Shown: positions 29,703 through 40,614 of the stretch, one piece after another | Numbering within the stretch: position 1 is the stretch's first letter | Layout: each line of letters starts with the position of its first letter | NCBI GenBank assembly: GCA_963819815.1 | Contig: CAWFXL010000001.1 | Location: 352,001 to 416,000 of the forward strand | DNA from: an uncultured bacterium | GTDB taxonomy: Bacteria; Babelota; Babeliae; Babelales; Babelaceae | DNA length: 64,000 nt | Direction: 5' to 3' | The notes under the pieces: generated by a model | Database searches by the model: none | Told to the model about the DNA's origin: nothing | What the model saw: the letters and a program-made list of their open reading frames with translations, nothing else | Made by a program: the position numbers and the translations under genes

Positions 29703-31952
29703 ATGAAAAAACTTATACTCCTCATTCTTGGGCTCTGTATGTCTCGCATCGATGCAATGGTGACCCCATCAGCCATCCATATTGATGCCCCCCTTAAACA
29801 GTACCTCGACTCCGGTGATCATGCAAAGATTCGGGAATATTTTGCACAGGGAAAAAACTCAGACAAAATAAATATGGCTCTTGATAGCGATGAGAATACG
29901 CTTCTTCACCACGCAGCTATGATATCAATGGAAGATGACACTCTGGTGGAATTCTTACATAAGCACGGTGCCGATCTCAACAAAAGAAATAAAAGCGGTA
30001 ATACACCACTCCATACAGCAAGCGTGTGCAAAAATGAGGGAATAATTAAGCAGCTCATTGCCTGTGGGGCAAACGTTAATCTGGGTAATATGCAAAACAG
30101 AACGCCCTTGTTCATTGCATGCATTACCAACAATATTCGACTGGCACAGTGCCTTATGGTACCCCGTATAAACCCTAATATTGGAGATATTAAAGGGAAT
30201 ACACCTCTTCATATTGCATGTACGTTAGGTAACATGTCTATAGTACGGCTGCTTATAACCCCTCCCCAAGGATATACTGATCATTCTATTTCTATCGCCC
30301 AAAAGTCTAAGCTTGGACATTCAGCTCTATTTTACGCATGCCTTAAAGGACACTATCAGCTAGCGCAGCTGCTCATCGACTGTGGTATCGATATACAAAG
30401 TGAAGAACATAATCTTAACGGAACTGTGCTTCATGCTGCAGTTGCCTCAGGGAGCCTTCCTCTTGTACGATTCATTGTTGAGAAAGGAGCAAACATTAAT
30501 GCCAGAAAACAGGATGGAGCTACACCTGTATGGTTTGCTACCGAAGCAGATCAGACGACAATAGTCGAATACCTTATTAAAGAAGGAGCAGATATCTCTC
30601 TTGCCACACATGAAGACGGCCTCACACCTCTACATCTTGCGGCAGCAAAAGGGAATGAATATCTTGTTGATCTACTGGCAACCTCTCAAAAAGTTCCTAT
30701 AGACGTCCGTGCAAGCATAAGCGAAGGTATCCAGGACCTAACACCGCTTCATCTTGCTATTTTACGCCGACAGAAAGACAGCATGATTAGATTGCTTCTT
30801 AAGCATGGAGCTTCTATAGATGCTCGGGCAGAGCATCAGCTTACCCCATTAGCTCTACATTTTATAGGTATGCAAGATGCTGCTTCACCCACTCATGAAA
30901 AGGTCCTGCATACGTTACTCAAGGCAGGAGCGGATCTTCAAGCGAAGTCTGACACAGGTGACACTCCTCTTCAATTCGCTAAAAAAGCCGGCTCTACAGT
31001 AGGAATAAAAGTCATTACAGATGCACTTTCCAAAGCAGTACCATGCAACTACTGCAAAAAGGTTGCGCTTACCAAAAGATGTAGCAGCTGCTCAAAAGCC
31101 TTTTATTGTACCGTAGGCTGCCAAAAAGCTGACTGGGCTACCCATAAAGTTACCTGCAAAAAAGTGTCTTCGCTAACCTCATCAAAAACCTCAGAGGATA
31201 AGTCAGGAAGCCCACAAGAAAAGGAATCACCTTTGAAACAGATTTTTACCGCAATCACCAACTCAATGACTTCTCACGTTAGCAGCGACTCTAGTTCGAG
31301 TAAGCATGAGGCGGTCAATGGCTGCCAATCAAGACCCGTTACCTCTGATGGTCAAACAAAGCATCATGAGTCAGTAAAAACTGATGATCTACAGGAGGCT
31401 GCATGTGAAGAAGACGACCTTGAAGAGCCTAATCCTTTCGATCTCAATGAGGATGAATTCTTCGAGCTTCCTGCAAGTGCTAAAGCAAAGCTCCTCTGCG
31501 TTACTCTCGATCAAGGTCACTTTGACTGCGCAAAAACTCTTGTGGACCAATGGATTAAAAGTTCAAAGGAACACTCGGGTATAAAAATAACTGCGCTCCA
31601 TTATGCCGCAGGAATAGATTCCCTGCCTTTTGTAAGATATTTAGTGGGTATTGGTGAGAAAATAGATGCGCAAACAATCCATGGAAAGACGCCATTGATG
31701 TTTGCTATTGAAGAAGGGTATGAAGATATAGTTGCATTTTTACTTGAGCAGGGAGCAAGCCTCTCAACGAGCTACCTTGACCACGCTACTATGAAGAAAT
31801 ATACTCCGCTTGAAGTTGCCTGTCATAAGGGTAATGAGGGTATTGTGCAACTTATCTTAAAACGGTCTCAGGTCTATCAAAGTCTTTTAGAAAGGGCTCT
31901 TTCTCGCTCAACTGACATACGTCAGCTTGCGAAGGCTGTAAAAAATGTTTAG
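29703..31952 (+). CDS. Secreted ankyrin repeat protein with internal MYND zinc finger
   Basis: Ankyrin blocks on both sides of CNYC..CSSCSKAFYCTVGCQKADWATHKVTC. Confidence 0.9.
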   Translation: MKKLILLILGLCMSRIDAMVTPSAIHIDAPLKQYLDSGDHAKIREYFAQGKNSDKINMALDSDENTLLHHAAMISMEDDTLVEFLHKHGADLNKRNKSGNTPLHTASVCKNEGIIKQLIACGANVNLGNMQNRTPLFIACITNNIRLAQCLMVPRINPNIGDIKGNTPLHIACTLGNMSIVRLLITPPQGYTDHSISIAQKSKLGHSALFYACLKGHYQLAQLLIDCGIDIQSEEHNLNGTVLHAAVASGSLPLVRFIVEKGANINARKQDGATPVWFATEADQTTIVEYLIKEGADISLATHEDGLTPLHLAAAKGNEYLVDLLATSQKVPIDVRASISEGIQDLTPLHLAILRRQKDSMIRLLLKHGASIDARAEHQLTPLALHFIGMQDAASPTHEKVLHTLLKAGADLQAKSDTGDTPLQFAKKAGSTVGIKVITDALSKAVPCNYCKKVALTKRCSSCSKAFYCTVGCQKADWATHKVTCKKVSSLTSSKTSEDKSGSPQEKESPLKQIFTAITNSMTSHVSSDSSSSKHEAVNGCQSRPVTSDGQTKHHESVKTDDLQEAACEEDDLEEPNPFDLNEDEFFELPASAKAKLLCVTLDQGHFDCAKTLVDQWIKSSKEHSGIKITALHYAAGIDSLPFVRYLVGIGEKIDAQTIHGKTPLMFAIEEGYEDIVAFLLEQGASLSTSYLDHATMKKYTPLEVACHKGNEGIVQLILKRSQVYQSLLERALSRSTDIRQLAKAVKNV

Positions 31953-32295
31953 AACTCGAACCGCAAAAAGCATTAACTCTCACTCCTCAGCCCAAAGGCC
32001 GGCTTGCGCAGTATCTAGACTATGAAATAGCTACAATCGCACCTAGGGTATCACTCAAAATGGTAGTCGGATAGTTCAGGAAGAGAAATGCCCTCTGGGA
32101 TCAGGCTGCTGGGGCCCAGAAAAATCATGGCTTGGCGGACAATGTTTCCTTTACATAGCTCTAGTGCGACTTATAGAATCTTTTGAGGATTTTTCTGTGC
32201 GAATAGAGAAACCCTTTCTCTTGATTATTTTTTTCAATTTGTTATAATTTATACACATGCGCATTAAATTTGATTCAAAATTAGGAGATTGTACT

Positions 32296-33456
32296 TTGAA
32301 GAATTTTATTTCGTTATTCGCACTATTCGCTCTGTTTCAAGCACATGGCATGAACCATACAAGGAATCATAATGGCGGCGTAACCTTTTCAAAGATTAAC
32401 CCAGCAAAGTTTACCCGCATGGTCTTGAACGGCCTTAAAAGCAAGAGTGATCTTACCATTTTTCCTCATTTCCATCTCATTGATGTGAACTTGCGTGATG
32501 AACAGAACAGAACACTTCTGCATTGGGCAAGTGCTCTAGGGAATATTGAGTGTGCTAAAATTGTGGTTGATAAAGGAGCTGATCTTGAACCAATCGATGC
32601 CGAAGGCAATACACCATTGAGCCTGGCTAGGAAGTTTAACCAATACGCACTGGTAGAGTATCTACTCAGTACTATAAGAGCTCAAGGAAGGGTTCCCCGC
32701 GAGTGTCAGGCGGCAGCTACTATGTTCTTTGATGCGCTCGTAAATCGCAATGAGACGACTGATATTCCATGGGATCTTGTTGATGTAGCTATGCGCGATA
32801 CGCTCGGTAGAGCAGCATTACACTGGGCAAGCTTTTATGGTCGCACCGATTATGTAGGTCAATTAATACAGCAAGGAGCTGAGCTTGATACTCTTGACCA
32901 GTTCGGCAGTACACCTTTACATCTTGCTATCCAGCAGAGGCACTATGCACTGGCGAAGCTATTAACGAATTCATTGAGAGCTCAAGGACACGTTCCCCAC
33001 GGGTATGACCACGTTCAAGCAACTCTTAATAATCGTCTTATTGCAGTATGTAATAGTGAATCGCAAGAATCTCTTGTCTCGTTGATCGAGGCTGGTGCCG
33101 AGATTAATACCACAAATGCCAACGGAAGCAGTCGAGCAATTCATCTTGCCATAGCACGCCAAAATGATGCAGCAGTAAGAGTTCTTGTTGAACAGGGAGC
33201 TGATTTGCTCGTTCGCACTGAAGAAGGCTACTCTGCATTACACGTTGCAATCCTAACAGGGCGGAAAGATCTTTGCATGTATCTCATACAACAGGGAGCG
33301 CTTGCAGCGTTTGAAAGTTTAGATGATAAAGATCGCCACTATCTTTGGAAACTCTACAATTTAATAGAGCTCGATGAAGACCTGTATCTTTATGATTTTG
33401 ATAAGGTAGATTTCCGCTATATTCAATTATTTGCGGAAAGCAAGCGTACCGCCTAA
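32296..33456 (+). CDS. Secreted ankyrin repeat protein (probable TTG start)
   Basis: AGGAG RBS before TTG 32296; LLHWAS, GNTPL, STPLHLA motifs; internal duplication. Confidence 0.85.
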   Translation: MKNFISLFALFALFQAHGMNHTRNHNGGVTFSKINPAKFTRMVLNGLKSKSDLTIFPHFHLIDVNLRDEQNRTLLHWASALGNIECAKIVVDKGADLEPIDAEGNTPLSLARKFNQYALVEYLLSTIRAQGRVPRECQAAATMFFDALVNRNETTDIPWDLVDVAMRDTLGRAALHWASFYGRTDYVGQLIQQGAELDTLDQFGSTPLHLAIQQRHYALAKLLTNSLRAQGHVPHGYDHVQATLNNRLIAVCNSESQESLVSLIEAGAEINTTNANGSSRAIHLAIARQNDAAVRVLVEQGADLLVRTEEGYSALHVAILTGRKDLCMYLIQQGALAAFESLDDKDRHYLWKLYNLIELDEDLYLYDFDKVDFRYIQLFAESKRTA

Positions 33457-33475
33457 CAGGTCCTCCCCACATGAA

Positions 33476-33509
33476 ATGAAGAGAAGGAGCTTGCGCTCCT
33501 TCTCTTCAT
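33476..33509. terminator. Hairpin between convergent genes
   Basis: ATGAAGAGAAGGAGC-ttgc-GCTCCTTCTCTTCAT 15-bp stem. Confidence 0.75.
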
Positions 33510-33529
33510 GGTATAGTTACTGTGTATAG

Positions 33530-34675
33530 TTACTTTTTTTCAAAATATTCTTCTTGTAACTCTCTAGGAAGTTTTCGATACGAGACATGCTTAATCATCT
33601 CGGTACAGGGTTCACTATAAAAGGTTGACCAGAAGAGTACCTTTTTCCCCGTTAGAAAACCTTCAGCTGCATCCTGGATAAGCGCAGCGGCTGCTTTTGC
33701 CGTATAGGTATCTTCAAGAAGTATGCCGTCAGCCTTAAAGAGCTGAGCTGCCTTTGAGCCTGCTGCAGTGGGGTACCCGTAACCTTCACCATAGTACTGT
33801 TCACGTATAATAAGTTGATCATCTCTCCAGGTAAGAGAGGCAAACGACTTATCAAATGCGCACAAATAGCTCTTCGTTTCTTCAAATAACTTTTGAGCAT
33901 CCTTCCGTATATCATCCTCAGGCTCAACAGCTACGCCGACAACGATCGTAGGCGCAGAGATGAGCTGTAGCCCAATAAGTAACCCAACGGTCGTTCCTAA
34001 ACTTCCCGCTGCGACATAGATATACTCTGGCTGTACCGTTTTGCCCGCATCGATCTGCTCTTCAAGCTCAAGAACTGCATTAATAAAACCTAACACGCCG
34101 CAAGGAACTGATCCTCCAGGTGGGATAAGATAGGGCGTTGAGCCTGTTTCAGCTTCACAGCGCCGCACATGCTCAGGAACAGAAGCATTACGCTCTTTAG
34201 TCGTTTTATAATGATGCAGTTGTGCTTCATAGATAGCCTGTAACAATAAGTTTCTTTGCACTACCCAGGAATTAGGCTGATCTGCAAGTAAGCATATTGC
34301 TTTAAGACCCAATTGTTTAGCGTAGATGGCCGTTGCAAGGGCATGATTTGAGCCAGCACATCCGCGTGTCAAAACTGTCGTATATCCCTTTTTCTTTGCA
34401 TCAGGCAAGAGAAACTCGAGCTTACGAAGCTTGTTACCACCATGCAGACGTGTCCCATCTGGTTGCAAACGTCCTGCTAGATCATCACGCTTAACGTCAA
34501 GTTCACAGGTAAGCAACTCAGAAAGTTTTGTACAGTGGGAAACAGGTGTTGGAAGATCGCCAAGAGAGACATGAGGAACCTGAGACTTCAGTGTTTCATA
34601 GCGCTCAAGAAGAGCAACCGAAGGTGAGACCTCACTCGTCATAAGTAATAAAAATGGTATCAGATAGCGGTTCAT
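33530..34675 (-). CDS. PLP-dependent D-cysteine desulfhydrase / ACC deaminase family enzyme
   Basis: PTP, KRDD, GGNKLRKLE (PLP lysine), SNH, GSLGTT, YTAKA. Confidence 0.9.
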   Translation of the reverse strand: MNRYLIPFLLLMTSEVSPSVALLERYETLKSQVPHVSLGDLPTPVSHCTKLSELLTCELDVKRDDLAGRLQPDGTRLHGGNKLRKLEFLLPDAKKKGYTTVLTRGCAGSNHALATAIYAKQLGLKAICLLADQPNSWVVQRNLLLQAIYEAQLHHYKTTKERNASVPEHVRRCEAETGSTPYLIPPGGSVPCGVLGFINAVLELEEQIDAGKTVQPEYIYVAAGSLGTTVGLLIGLQLISAPTIVVGVAVEPEDDIRKDAQKLFEETKSYLCAFDKSFASLTWRDDQLIIREQYYGEGYGYPTAAGSKAAQLFKADGILLEDTYTAKAAAALIQDAAEGFLTGKKVLFWSTFYSEPCTEMIKHVSYRKLPRELQEEYFEKK

Positions 34676-35052
34676 CTCTAGTATCCTTTCTAAGGTTGAT
34701 TACGATGAAGACCTTTTTTTGAATGTTGTTTTCAAGGCTAGAGGATTTTTCAAACGTGTCAATGAGAGTCTCTTAGTGCACGATAGACCTACAAGATTGT
34801 AAAGAGGCAAAATGCCCTACGAGTGACCATATTGAGCAAGAGACTCCTCTCAATGCTTGCAGACCTAGTAATCTCATTGAATCGTAAAAAATATACGAAT
34901 TCATAATGGAGACTCATCGATCTCTCTTTGCGATTCAATGAGATGTAATAACCGCCTCCAATTTTACATATCGTACCTGATATGTTAGAATCACTCTATA
35001 GGAGGCTTGCTTCTGTTTGATCAAAGATGCAACCACTCATAAGAGGAAATCA

Positions 35053-36214
35053 ATGCATCGATATGTGAAATTATTGCCGGCTCTTATCTTTCTTCAAGCA
35101 TATGCCCTAGAGGTACACCATCTCAATCCCCCACGCTTGAACGATGAAGATATGTTACGTGAAATAGTATGTTATAGACCAGTTCGAAAAGAACAACCGC
35201 GCATTGAACACGAGGAAGCTCATGGTAAAGATATAATCCATAATTATGGCCATGGTAGTGGTGGATGGACAATGGGGCCCGGATCTGCTCAGCGCGCAGT
35301 AGGTTTTTTGAAAAAAATTGCTCTCGTCAAGAAGGTTGATAAAGATATGCCGATCACTGTTATTGGTGCAGGCGTGATAGGCTTATTAACCGCGTATTAC
35401 TTGGTAAAAGAAGGGTACACGCCACACATAGTAGCAGAAGAGTTTGAAGAGCTCACCTCCCATAATGCAGGAGGGCTTTTTGCTTGGACTCTCAAGAAAT
35501 CAAGACGATGCGATTCGCACATCAGTAAATGAGGTATGCATTGAATCTTGCAAAATCTATACCCAAATAGCTCAAGGTACTCATCCTGATTTTCCTACAG
35601 GCGCACGATTTTTGCCCGCCTACTTTTCTGGTCGGGACAATTCAGACTTGGAGTTATTTGTCGCACAAGGTCTTATCAACCCGGCGAAAGATGTTATTGT
35701 AGATTTTAACAATGGTAAACGGCATCCAATGGTTGCTTACAAGTGCCCATTTATCGATACACCAAGCATGATGCAGCAGCTGACCAATTTTTTGAAACAG
35801 CGCAACGTTACATTTAGAAAGCAAAAAGTAGCAACCATTGATGATCTTTCAGAGCCTATCGTTTTTAATTGTACTGGCTTGGGATCGCGTGAATTGGCAC
35901 AAGACGATACGGTCTATCCCGTTCAAGGTCACCTCATAATGCTAAAAAATCAAAGGCCTGAAAACCTACAGTACATGGTCGAATTCGTCGCTGAGCGTAA
36001 CAAGATCACAGACGATGGATTTCCAATCGCGCGCGCTTGCTATCTGTTTCCAAAGCGCTTAGTTGATGCCGCGGAAGATGAGGTTGGTATTGTAGGAGGA
36101 ACGTTTATTCAACATGCTCAGGCAGATACGCCCCATCTGGAAGAATTTGCTCGTGTACTTACTATCGTGCGGAACTTCTTCGGGTCTAGTACAGAAGCTG
36201 AATGTTTGACATAG
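35053..36214 (+). pseudogene. D-amino acid oxidase-like FAD enzyme, permuted motif order, frameshift at about 35485
   Basis: RPVR, HNYGHGSGG, VIGAGVIGL, TSHNAGG in ORF 35017; FNCTGLGS and YPVQG in ORF 35444. Confidence 0.75.
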
Positions 36215-36247
36215 GGACCACCGCAGCATTGCTTAGAACATTATTTG

Positions 36248-36721
36248 TTACGTGCCGTGTTCATTCCCTTTTGCAAAATCGCCAACTTCAGCATGCGTAA
36301 CTTTAATAAGATCTTCAGGTATAATCTTAAGAGTATATTTTTCAACGCCGCAGCCTCCATAGCAGTATTTGAGCTCCTTGACACCACTATCTATGAAAGT
36401 CTTCATGTTCGTATTAATCATTGAGACACTCCCAATAGAGCTCCCTGTCACCTGCAGTATATCTTCCTTAGTTGCCATGGTGGCGCTATTGGCTCCGAGA
36501 TATGCACGAACTTTCTTAAAATCAACTTTTTTGCTCGCTTGAATAATGACGGCAATGAACTGATCGTCAGATTTGATAATAAAGGTAGGCGTACATTGAT
36601 TAAGTTCAATGCCATAATGCAACGCACCTAGTTTTGCATTGGCCATGAGGATCTTATCCTGCATTATTTCATAATCAAGTCCCGCACATAGGGCTTCAAG
36701 GTCTTGTATTCTTTGGTTCAT
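36248..36721 (-). CDS. YbaK/EbsC aminoacyl-tRNA deacylase-like protein
   Basis: MATKEDILQVTGSSIGSVS, FIDSG, YGGCG pattern. Confidence 0.75.
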   Translation of the reverse strand: MNQRIQDLEALCAGLDYEIMQDKILMANAKLGALHYGIELNQCTPTFIIKSDDQFIAVIIQASKKVDFKKVRAYLGANSATMATKEDILQVTGSSIGSVSMINTNMKTFIDSGVKELKYCYGGCGVEKYTLKIIPEDLIKVTHAEVGDFAKGNEHGT

Positions 36722-37155
36722 CGGTGTTCTCCTATCTTCTGCAAGGCCGTAGCATAAAGCGATAAGCCTTGTGCTACGATTTTTTGTTCCTCTGGAGTCA
36801 ATATTTCTAACGCTGTTTGTACCTGCTGAGTAGCCAGTGAATGGATCTCAGAGAGCTTCTGTTTGCCAAGTTCAGTAAGGTGTACATAGCGACTTCGCCG
36901 ATCCTGGTCATTGGGAAGGGACGTGCAATATCCCTTATGTACAAGATCCTTTGTAAGGCGACTAACGGTCGAGGTATCAAGTGAAAGGGCAATGCTAAGC
37001 TCATGGGATGTTAAGTTCTTATTTTCTAAGGCCAGTAGTGCATAGCATTGGGAAACAGAGCCTATGTGGGCAAACTGGTTATCTAAGTACCCTAGATAAT
37101 GCACGATTGCTCTAGTACTTTTTCTAATAAGGATAATAGTATTCTTGCGAGCCAT
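36718..37155 (-). CDS. MarR family transcriptional regulator
   Basis: LDTSTVSRLTKDLVHKGY...DRRSRYVHLTELG; ATGA overlap with the ybaK-like gene. Confidence 0.9.
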   Translation of the reverse strand: MARKNTIILIRKSTRAIVHYLGYLDNQFAHIGSVSQCYALLALENKNLTSHELSIALSLDTSTVSRLTKDLVHKGYCTSLPNDQDRRSRYVHLTELGKQKLSEIHSLATQQVQTALEILTPEEQKIVAQGLSLYATALQKIGEHR

Positions 37156-37517
37156 TTTGTTCTCCTATAATATATGTATGTATCATACAACGAATTAAGA
37201 AAGTAGTCAAATCGATGGTTCACCACCCCGAAATATAAATCCAGAAAGGCTACTGCAATTCTTGCTGATAGTCGTGGGTAACAGTATCTCTTTTAGAATA
37301 AGATTTATGAAATCTTAATCCCCCAGAGGAAACTGTTTTGAATCAAGGATATCGAACAGCCTCAACCCTATGTACATATCCTGCTCAATTGTCCTTTGAA
37401 ACCGGAGGCAAAATTGAACCATGTGGCACAAAAAAAAGACCGAACTTGATTCACTTGACTCACTTTTGTTCCAGTGGTACCATTACTGAAACCAAGTTCA
37501 TGTTAAAGGATTTGAAT

Positions 37518-38882
37518 ATGAAATATCCAGAACCAGAATCATCTACTCTTGAATTTAAAGCTTCTCTCCCTCGAAGCAACCAGATTATCAAAACAGTTGT
37601 TGGCTTTTGTAACCAACATGGTGGTAAAATCATAATTGGTATAGAAAATGATGGAACCATAAAGGGATTAACCGAAGATGAGATAGAGCTTGCCCTAGAA
37701 TACTTAAACAACAATATCTACCAAGAAACAGTACCGCCGATTATTCCTTTAATCTATGCCCAAAATATAGCAGGTAAAACGGTACTTATTATAGAAGTAT
37801 CTTCTGGCATGAATAAACCTTACTATGTAAAATCCGAGAAACTCGATAAAGGCACCTATATAAGGTTAGGAAGAAGCACGCTCAGAGCAACCCCAGATAT
37901 AATTGAAGAGCTAAAGCTCGTTTCCCGTGGACGCTTTTTTGATTCTATGCCGGTTCATCATGCAGATCTTACAGATCTAGATATGAAAGCAATTGAGCAG
38001 TTCTTTCTTAATCGCAAAGGAATTCGGGAGATTCCACCTGTTATTAATGAGGCATTGAGTGCCTATCGTCTTATTACTGATCAGCATGGGCATATCCATC
38101 CAACAACCGCGGGAATCTTATTATTTGGAAAGGATCCGCAAAAGTTCTTTCCAGAAGCCTTTATAATGTGTACCCGTTATGCAGGTATTGAAGGGCGCGA
38201 GGCTCTTGCTTACCAAGATTGTACGGGAACTCTCTTTCAGCAATTTCAACAGGCCTACAATTTTGTACTTAGTCAGTTGTATCATTCGTTCACGATTAAA
38301 GGTCCAATTAGAGAAGAAAGACTAGAATTACCTGAGATTGCCATACGAGAGGCTATTATTAATGCGATAGTGCATCGAAACTATAACATCAATGCGACAA
38401 TTGGAATATCTATATTTGATAATCGTATCGAAGTCTTTAGTCCAGGAGGATTTCCAGGTCCAATGAACCTGCAAAATATTCAAAAAGGACTTACGTATAC
38501 TCGCAATTTCGCTATTGCGAAAATCTTTCGGGAAGCCGGATTTGGGGAAAAGCTCGGAACTGGTTTTTACACGATATTTTCTAGCTATCGGGAATATGGT
38601 CTACGAACTCCTGAAATAACTGAGGGGGAGAATTTTGTAAAATGTATCTTGCCAAGGTTAGCAGGAGATAAGCCTAACGTACTAACTAGAGAAGAGGAAA
38701 AATTAATACTCAAGCTCTTTGAAAGTGCAACGGAGCTGAGCATGGGAGAAATTGTGAAGAACTTGCAACTCTCTCGGTCAACGGTTAAGCGTAGATTAGA
38801 TCATCTGATACAAAATGGCATCCTTCAGACAAGAGGAGTTGGAAGTGGCACCCGCTATCTATTAGTAATACCAAACGAATAA
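37518..38882 (+). CDS. AlbA_2 (Schlafen-like) + HATPase_c_4 + HTH protein
   Basis: ESSTLEFK, FCNQHGGKIIIGIENDG, REAIINAIVHRNY, SPGG, EKLGTG, C-terminal HTH; start chosen after AAAGGA. Confidence 0.85.
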   Translation: MKYPEPESSTLEFKASLPRSNQIIKTVVGFCNQHGGKIIIGIENDGTIKGLTEDEIELALEYLNNNIYQETVPPIIPLIYAQNIAGKTVLIIEVSSGMNKPYYVKSEKLDKGTYIRLGRSTLRATPDIIEELKLVSRGRFFDSMPVHHADLTDLDMKAIEQFFLNRKGIREIPPVINEALSAYRLITDQHGHIHPTTAGILLFGKDPQKFFPEAFIMCTRYAGIEGREALAYQDCTGTLFQQFQQAYNFVLSQLYHSFTIKGPIREERLELPEIAIREAIINAIVHRNYNINATIGISIFDNRIEVFSPGGFPGPMNLQNIQKGLTYTRNFAIAKIFREAGFGEKLGTGFYTIFSSYREYGLRTPEITEGENFVKCILPRLAGDKPNVLTREEEKLILKLFESATELSMGEIVKNLQLSRSTVKRRLDHLIQNGILQTRGVGSGTRYLLVIPNE

Positions 38883-39032
38883 TTTTCTGCACATCACATG
38901 CTCTATAAACTTAAACATAAGGATTCACAAGATCCCCGTTTTGAAAGTACGCGGCAGTCATGTGACTTTGGCAAAAATCTCACCAGTTAAAGCTCAGAGG
39001 CCACACAAATGGCAGCCTCTTTGCATAACCTA

Positions 39033-39926
39033 TTATACCAACCCAAATTCTCTACCAAGACCACGATCGATAAGAATCTGCTTTTCCCTTTGAGGTACTG
39101 CACCATAACGTGCATGACCATTCTTCACAAACTCACACGCCGAAACACCATCATTATTTCTAATGCGTGGATCAGCACCCCGTGCAAGAAGCTCTGCTAT
39201 CATATCAGAGCCTTTACCCGCATAATAGGCTGGCACCATGATAAGGCAGAGTAATGCTGTACTGCCATGTACGTCCTGACAATCGACGAGCGCACCATGA
39301 TCAAGAAGAAACTCAAAAGCTTCAAAGCTTACATGAGGAGGCTCTTTCGCAAAGTAGGTTAAAGGCCTCGTTCCATCAGTATTCATTGCATTAACGCTGG
39401 CACCATGTGCCAACCAATATGCTGCCGTTTCTTGGTCACCTTTCTTAAGTGCGTTCATAAAGGACTCTTGCGCTTTGGCAGCTTTAACCTCTGCTTTTGC
39501 AGTTTGGGTTCGATTTGTTAAGGTTGCCTTACCCACTGGATCGATAACAACAAGGATGTCAGTAACTCCTGCCTCATTATTGCTCGCTAGTAAAGTAACA
39601 TCATCTTTAGATTGATGATGACTATAGAGCCCAAGCTGGTACCGTGCACTTCCTATAGGCTTTATATAGTGTAATTCGTATGCTCCATGCTTTGTACTCA
39701 TAAATATCTTATCCTTATGACGGTCTGATGTCATAAGGATATTTGAAGCCTCTTCTGCAGCTTTAATAATCATAGGCTGTGATCCTAGCTTCTCAGCGGT
39801 AAACACTAAGCAGGGATAGTCAGTTTGGTTGGAGATCATTATATTCAATTGCCCCTCTTGCATCGCAAAGAGCCCGGTAACGAAAAGGGCCATAGCAGGA
39901 AGCAAAAGGTTATACGTTACTTTCAT
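39033..39926 (-). CDS. Secreted protein with C-terminal ankyrin repeats
   Basis: Signal peptide ..GLFA|M; GASVNA..GTRPL, GSTAL, GADPRIRNNDG. Confidence 0.8.
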   Translation of the reverse strand: MKVTYNLLLPAMALFVTGLFAMQEGQLNIMISNQTDYPCLVFTAEKLGSQPMIIKAAEEASNILMTSDRHKDKIFMSTKHGAYELHYIKPIGSARYQLGLYSHHQSKDDVTLLASNNEAGVTDILVVIDPVGKATLTNRTQTAKAEVKAAKAQESFMNALKKGDQETAAYWLAHGASVNAMNTDGTRPLTYFAKEPPHVSFEAFEFLLDHGALVDCQDVHGSTALLCLIMVPAYYAGKGSDMIAELLARGADPRIRNNDGVSACEFVKNGHARYGAVPQREKQILIDRGLGREFGLV

Positions 39927-40272
39927 GAGTGTTCCTTTCAATCAATAGTTATAATTATTTCATATAGTAATAAATCTAGACAAAAATGTCAAATGGGCCC
40001 AAGGAAAAGGCATAATTACAATAAATCTGAAGGCGGTTGATCAAAATCTTATGTCAACGCCTGAATGAGCCTACAAATCCGGTATATACTGGTAACAAAT
40101 GCTTCAACTTAAGGTGTATTATCCTATAGCCTACATTGTTTCACATCTATATGTATATGCGCCATGAAACCTTACATCCGTAATGTACCATGCTAAGAAT
40201 GAAGTAATGTTTTTTTTAGGCTTGTTTGATATACTGGCTTACTGATAATCAGAAGCATGGATAGGAAATCGC

Positions 40273-40614
40273 ATGAAAATAGTTGAACGCATCATTCTAC
40301 TTGAAGAGCTTAAGATGATGTCCCACAAGATGTACGGAAACCTCGTCAAAGCCGTAGTTGATGTTGAAAGAGAACTCATGGTAGTCGATATGGAAATGCA
40401 TGTGGACGGCGAGAGTGAACTCCTTGAGCAAGGCTAAGAGCAAAAGAATCTTTGGGGAATCAATATTCATCCAGAGAAAGCCAAGAAAAATCGAATAGAG
40501 TATGATTCACTCATTAATATACGTCCTTCCCAATGCAATCGAACTCGCGGTGTTGAGAATAGTGATTTGCAAAAGAAGATTACAAGCATCCTTAACAAAT
40601 TGGTATCTGAATGA
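40273..40614 (+). pseudogene. DUF5674-like protein with in-frame TAA at 40435-40437
   Basis: LVKAVVDVER..MH..LLEQG*EQKNLWGINI..DSLINIRP; paralog 48442 has Ser at the stop position. Confidence 0.8.

Noticed and set aside
15785..40437. Stop-codon recoding suggested by two in-frame TAA codons
   Set aside because: They align to different residues (Tyr and Ser) and TAA terminates many intact genes here
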